In this document: positions 59,679 through 64,000 of the stretch, piece after piece
Layout of the letters: every line of letters begins with the position of its first letter
Numbering within the stretch: the stretch's first letter is position 1
Notes under the pieces: generated by a model
What the model was told of the DNA's origin: nothing
Databases searched by the model: none
The model's input: the letters and a program-made list of their open reading frames with translations, nothing else
Program-made: the position numbers and the translations under genes
Assembly: GCA_944350495.1 (NCBI GenBank)
Contig: CALVOZ010000002.1
Location: 222,193 to 286,192 of the forward strand
Length of the DNA: 64,000 nucleotides
Reading direction: 5' to 3'
Origin: an uncultured Bacilli bacterium
GTDB lineage: Bacteria; Bacillota_I; Bacilli_A; RF39; UBA660

Positions 59679-60443
59679 ATGATACTAAAATTGAATATAA
59701 ATGACAGAGCTGCTATAGCAATTAAAGAAGGTCGTAAAAAAGTAGAAATTAGAGCTGATAAAAGAAATGAAAAACATAATTATGAGGCTTTAAAAAGAGG
59801 AGATATTATAGAATTTTGCAGTGATGAATTAGGTATTTTTTATGTTGAAGTTGAAGAGGTAATTCATTATAAAAATCTAGAAGAGTTGTTTATTTTAGAG
59901 GGGACTAAATATACAACATCATCAACTGATGATAAAGAACAAGCAATAATAAATGTTAATAAACTTGATGGATATGAACAAGCTATAAAGAAAAATGGTG
60001 TGTATGCAATTCATATAAAATACTTGTATTCAAAAAATACTATATGGGAAGAATTATATGAAAAAGCAAGAAATGCTATATATGATAGAAAGATATCTAA
60101 TATGATAGATGCTGGTGGTGTAGGTGCGGCTATTTTAACTGACAATCATCATATATATATTGGTGTATGTATAGATACTGCTTGTTCGCTAGGAATGTGT
60201 GCTGAGCGTAATGCTATTGCTAATATGATAACAAATGGAGATAAAGTAATTACTAAATTGGTTTGCGTTGATTCACGTGGAGAATTTGTTTTTCCTTGTG
60301 GAGCGTGTAGAGAATTTTTAATGCAATTGGATAAGCGTTCCAAAGACATAGAAATTTTATTAGATGATACGACATATGAAATAGCTACAATGAAAGAATT
60401 AGTTCCAAATTGGTGGGGTGAAGATAGATTTAATAATCAGTAA
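59679..60443 (+). CDS. ASCH domain - cytidine deaminase (CDA/blasticidin-S deaminase type) fusion protein
   Basis: The N-terminus is AIAIKEGRKKVEIRADKRNEKH...LKRGDIIEF (ASCH-like). The C-terminus has CAERNAI and PCGACREFL zinc motifs of the homotetrameric cytidine deaminase family. RBS GGAGG. Confidence 0.8.
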   Translation: MILKLNINDRAAIAIKEGRKKVEIRADKRNEKHNYEALKRGDIIEFCSDELGIFYVEVEEVIHYKNLEELFILEGTKYTTSSTDDKEQAIINVNKLDGYEQAIKKNGVYAIHIKYLYSKNTIWEELYEKARNAIYDRKISNMIDAGGVGAAILTDNHHIYIGVCIDTACSLGMCAERNAIANMITNGDKVITKLVCVDSRGEFVFPCGACREFLMQLDKRSKDIEILLDDTTYEIATMKELVPNWWGEDRFNNQ

Positions 60444-60789
60444 GTTAATTAAAATTTAAATACGAAATAATATACAAATAACTATCAAAATTAAGTGTAG
60501 CAAAGTGTTACTAAATGAAAAAAAGTATTGATTTAAGAGGAAAAATGCAATTAAATGAATGGAACCTAACAAAAGTTTATATGGGATTTAGGAAAGAAAA
60601 AATAAACAATGCTGTGGTAACATAAAGCCCTTGTTTACGAGCTTTTTTGATATCGTAAAATATTTTAGATATAAAGAACTTGTATTTAGTTGAAAGTTTA
60701 TTCAAAATTCGTTGAAAAAATATATGCTCTTTTCCGCTAGTATTTTAGTAAGAAACTTTTATAGTATAATTATAAGGAGGTGTTTGAAA

Positions 60790-61632
60790 GTGGATAAGGA
60801 TAAATATATAGACTATGCTAAAAAAACTTTTAATGGGAAAGCTTTAGAATTGGTTTTAAGAAATATTGAACTTTTTTATAATAATGCTGAAAAAATTAAT
60901 AAAACCAAATATAAAATAGGTGAGGATGTTATCTTAAAAAAAGGAACTTTTTTACATGGTATACCAGGATTATTAGATAATTTTGATTGGATAGTTGAAA
61001 ACGGTTTTATTGCTGCTGATTTTACTGGAAATAGTGAAGGAAAAAATAAAATAAAAAATAGCATAGGTATGTGGAATATAAAAGAAGACTGTCTATTAAA
61101 AGATTATGTATATAATTATAGTGGAATAACATTAACATATACTATTGGAAGGGGACCAGAAGCAAAAACTGAATCAAAATTAATTCCATATCATAAATTT
61201 GATATTGAAACAGAAAAAATTAATAATAATGATAAAATATGGACTTATTGGGGTGAAAAGACAAAGGAAGTAACATTTTTGCCAAGTTTAGTTTCAAATA
61301 AAAGACAAATAGCTTTTATATTAAATATGGATAATCTTTTGGCAAAGCAAATGATTGTTGCAGATGTATGGAATATAGATTTAGACGCTGAAACATTAAC
61401 TGAATTTTTAGATTATAGATATTATCCTAAATTTTTAGAACTCAGATTTAATAAAGATGCATCTACTACAGATAGAGAATCAGCTATTATATTTGGTTTA
61501 CCTTCAAGATTAATAGAAGGAGTTTTAGTAGGTAGAAAAATAGAATACGATCAAAAAAGTTTAAATTACATAAAAGCAAAATTACCAGACTGCTATATTT
61601 GTAATATTGATGGAAAAGTAATTATTGAATAA
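60790..61632 (+). CDS. Hypothetical protein; candidate H-Y-E (PARP/diphtheria-toxin-like) ADP-ribosyltransferase fold
   Basis: The GTG at 60790 lies 7 nt after AAGGAGGTG, so the track TTG at 60712 is rejected. FLHGIPGLLDNFDWIVENGFIAA resembles the PARP HGS...NF..I..G motif. Candidate catalytic residues are GMWNI, YVYNYS and DRESAIIF. The function is inference only. Confidence 0.55.
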   Translation: MDKDKYIDYAKKTFNGKALELVLRNIELFYNNAEKINKTKYKIGEDVILKKGTFLHGIPGLLDNFDWIVENGFIAADFTGNSEGKNKIKNSIGMWNIKEDCLLKDYVYNYSGITLTYTIGRGPEAKTESKLIPYHKFDIETEKINNNDKIWTYWGEKTKEVTFLPSLVSNKRQIAFILNMDNLLAKQMIVADVWNIDLDAETLTEFLDYRYYPKFLELRFNKDASTTDRESAIIFGLPSRLIEGVLVGRKIEYDQKSLNYIKAKLPDCYICNIDGKVIIE

Positions 61633-62069
61633 TTTAAATATTACTTTAGACCTAAATTTACATATAATTGAAGTACTATTATACTTACTATCGTTTTATT
61701 AATGAAAAAAATTTATTTAGAAAATGTCAGCAAAACCCTATACAATATGTATACGAAATATGTCATTTAAACATTTAGCATTAAATTGAGAATTAGGTTC
61801 TAATAGAATAATTAAGAAGCTGAAGGAAAATTCCTATTATATTGAGGAAGTAATGACAAGGCTCATTTTTATATTAAACAGTAAAAATAATAATATTAAG
61901 TAAATATAAATTGATTAATTACAAAAACATTATCTCAATTTGATTTAAAGGAAGTTAAAAAAATTTTTACATTGAAAAAATAAAGGGAAAAGTTATAACT
62001 GAAAAGCCTTCTAGAACCTTACTTTTCTTAAAAAAGAATATGTTATAATTAGTTGGAGGAGGGTATCTT

Positions 62070-62567
62070 ATGGAGCTTTTAGCGCTTTTTGATGACGAAA
62101 ATAGAGTCTTGAATAAATCTATTCCAAGACCAAATAAATTTGATGTCAAAGATGGGGAATACTTTAAAATTATTTTACTTTTTATCATTAATTCTAAGAA
62201 TCAATATTTGATTCAAAAATCATCAAATGAAAATAAATATGCAACAACAGGTGGACATGTGACATATGGTGATGATGATATTATTACAACGATTAAAGAA
62301 GCAAGAGAAGAGTTGGGCTTAACTTTAATAAAATCTAATTTTAAAAAGTTTGAAACGATAAAAACACCTAAAGCATTTGTTGAATGTTTCTACATGCAAA
62401 GAGATATACCACTTGATAGTTTAAAACTACAAGAGGAAGAAGTTGAATCTGTTAGTTATTTAACTGTTAATGAAATAAAAAAATTAATGGAAGAAGGGCT
62501 CTTTAATTGTATACATTATGAAGCGTTTATAGATTTAGAAGAAAAACGTAAAAATAATGATTTATAA
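62070..62567 (+). CDS. Nudix hydrolase
   Basis: The Nudix box GHVTYGDDDIITTIKEAREELGL follows G-x5-[E>D]-x7-[R>K]-E-x2-EE-x-G. RBS GGAGGAGGG. Confidence 0.85.
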   Translation: MELLALFDDENRVLNKSIPRPNKFDVKDGEYFKIILLFIINSKNQYLIQKSSNENKYATTGGHVTYGDDDIITTIKEAREELGLTLIKSNFKKFETIKTPKAFVECFYMQRDIPLDSLKLQEEEVESVSYLTVNEIKKLMEEGLFNCIHYEAFIDLEEKRKNNDL

Positions 62568-62750
62568 TTACGGAAAGATTTTATGGAATATAAATAATTT
62601 TGATAGTTAATATGAAAAAATATGATGTCAAATTTGTTGACGATTAGTAGAAATCTAAAAACTGAATGACAATTATAATAAGAATCATTATTGGTAAAGA
62701 AAGTGGTAAATTGTATTTTGAATATTGTATTCTTTATAGAAGAAGGGACT

Positions 62751-63386
62751 ATGTTAAATAATAAAATAGTATTTGGTACAACAAACGAAAGAAAGGTTGA
62801 AGATTTAAAAAATGTAATAATGAGTCTTGGTTTAAATTTTCAAGTTCTTAGTTTGAATGATATAAAATGGGATCGTGGAGAAATAGAGGAAAATGGTATA
62901 ACTATTGAAGAAAACTCACTAATTAAGGCAAAGGCAATACATAATTTTTGTCTAGATCATGATTATCAATATATAATAATAACGGATGATGCCGGTTTAT
63001 TTTGCGAATCATTAAATGGAGAGCCAGGAATATATACTGCGCGCTATGCAGATGATGAAATTTTAGCATCTGCTGAGGAATTGCCAAAATATCAATGTGT
63101 TATAAAACTATTGAGAAATTTAGAAGGTATAGAAAACAGAAAAGCTTCATATAGGAATGCTGTTACTTGTATGATGCCTGATGGTAGTTATTTTCAAGTA
63201 GAAGGAAAAAGCGATGGCTATATTGCTGATAGAATAGTGGGAGAATTAAAAAAACCATATTTCTATTCAGTGTTTATACTTGAAGGCTATAATAAGTCAT
63301 TTAGTGAGTTAGATGAATCTGAATTAAAAGAAACTTATAGATATTCATCGTTATCAAAGACTTTATGTAAAATTAAGCATAATTAA
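62751..63386 (+). CDS. Divergent HAM1/RdgB-family non-canonical NTP pyrophosphatase
   Basis: FGTTNERKVEDL, ENGITIEENSLIKAKA and ITDDAGLFCESLNGEPGIYTARYA fit the family. The usual FGYDP and SHR motifs are replaced by PYFYSVF and YRYSS. Confidence 0.7.
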   Translation: MLNNKIVFGTTNERKVEDLKNVIMSLGLNFQVLSLNDIKWDRGEIEENGITIEENSLIKAKAIHNFCLDHDYQYIIITDDAGLFCESLNGEPGIYTARYADDEILASAEELPKYQCVIKLLRNLEGIENRKASYRNAVTCMMPDGSYFQVEGKSDGYIADRIVGELKKPYFYSVFILEGYNKSFSELDESELKETYRYSSLSKTLCKIKHN

Positions 63387-63858
63387 TTAGATTTAAGTAT
63401 AATTAAGCTGTTGAAAATTATTGAAAAAGAACTAAGAATTAGAAAAATATTTTATAGTTTAAAACTAGACAAAGTTGAATATTGAATTTTATATAGTCGA
63501 GCTTAGGTGTTACGTTGTATTTATCAAGATAAAGGAGACTTATATATTGCTGTAATAAAATATATTTATAAATTATGGTAGAGAAAAAAGTTTTATACTG
63601 ATAATGATAGCAATTTCTATAACTAAAAAAAACAAATAGCGATATTGTAGTTTGTCAAATCATTTTAAAGAGGTTGATATTTATACAAATATTTTGTGAT
63701 CTTTAGTTATTTGACTTAAGGAAAAACAATTGCGTAAATGAATATATGCATAATGGGCGTTGAAAAATTTGTAATTTAGCAATATTAACCAATAATTCAA
63801 TTGGCATATAAACATAAATAAATCTTTTATTAGATAATTATGGAAGGAGTTGCTAATC

Positions 63859-64000
63859 TTGGATAAAAAATATTTAAAAGTAATGTTTGATAATAAGGGG
63901 GTAAATTATGAATATAAAATTGGTGAAGTTAATATAGCCAATAACTGGAATCCAAATGCAAAAACAGGAAAAGAATTTGGCGGTTTTAATTATGCAAATG
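63859..64000 (+). CDS. Hypothetical protein, N-terminal fragment (continues beyond the window)
   Basis: TTG lies 9 nt after GGAAGGAG. The translation LDKKYLKVMFDNKGVNYEYKIGEVNIANNWNPNAKTGKEFGGFNYAN is not assigned to a family. Confidence 0.4.
   Translation, partial: MDKKYLKVMFDNKGVNYEYKIGEVNIANNWNPNAKTGKEFGGFNYAN

Noticed and set aside
60712-60789. The TTG-initiated 26-residue extension of the 306-aa track ORF.
   Set aside because: A strong AAGGAGGTG lies within it, 7 nt before the in-frame GTG at 60790. The extension itself has no RBS.
61713-61781. A short ORF (MKKIYLENVSKTLYNMYTKYVI) resembles the N-terminus of an ABC ATPase.
   Set aside because: It has only 22 codons, and no continuation in any frame shows a Walker A motif. 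The evidence is insufficient to call it even a pseudogene.
1-64000. I considered an alternative genetic code with TGA read as Trp (Mollicutes-like), given the extreme AT content and the missing prfB after secA.
   Set aside because: TGA terminates well-conserved genes at ATGA overlaps (holin/lgt, DHH/rplI, walJ/rlmH) and at spoIIR. Trp is encoded by TGG throughout.
1-64000. I looked for CRISPR arrays, tRNA or rRNA genes, IS elements and integrases.
   Set aside because: I saw no regularly spaced direct repeats, no tRNA T-arm/acceptor signatures, no rRNA-like conserved stretches and no transposase or integrase ORFs on either strand.

Overview
This 64-kb window comes from a very AT-rich, low-GC Gram-positive (Bacillota) chromosome. 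A spoIIR gene suggests a spore-forming Clostridia- or Erysipelotrichia-like lineage. The standard genetic code applies, since TGA ends genes at several ATGA junctions. Almost all genes are on the + strand and most are housekeeping. The first block is uvrB, lgt, yvcK-whiA, a gdpP-like DHH gene, rplI-dnaB, an M23 peptidase, walJ-rlmH, spoIIR, fba, murA and rpmE. The second is typA, parA-parB, mscS, DUF951, an AbgT transporter, ychF and rpsF-ssb-rpsR. A complete S10-spc-alpha ribosomal cluster runs from rpsJ to rplQ (36.4-50.5 kb) and lacks rpmD. It is followed by a LytTR/HPK10 two-component pair, csp, a GH25 lysozyme, hpf and secA. I found no rRNA, tRNA, CRISPR array or intact mobile element. 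Five regions are not explained by housekeeping. (1) An orphan 1396-aa helical-repeat protein has a Cys/His-rich C-terminal domain and is translationally coupled to a 131-aa partner (18.1-22.7 kb). (2) A promoter-to-terminator structured RNA of about 360 nt, of no class I can assign, lies downstream of typA (24.7-25.07 kb). (3) A 657-aa acidic internally repeated protein sits immediately upstream of parAB. (4) A decayed accessory stretch lies after secA (57.5-64 kb). It holds a truncated P-loop kinase, a stop-interrupted membrane protein, an ASCH-cytidine deaminase fusion, a 280-aa protein, a Nudix hydrolase and a divergent HAM1/RdgB. By eye the 280-aa protein shares its domain with the C-terminus of the giant ORF and carries a PARP/diphtheria-toxin-like HG...NF..I..G motif. 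(5) Several domain-minimised genes occur: a GlmU acetyltransferase domain alone, a DHH-only GdpP and a sensor-less HPK10 kinase. All family assignments come from reading the translations and from memory of family motifs. No database search was run.
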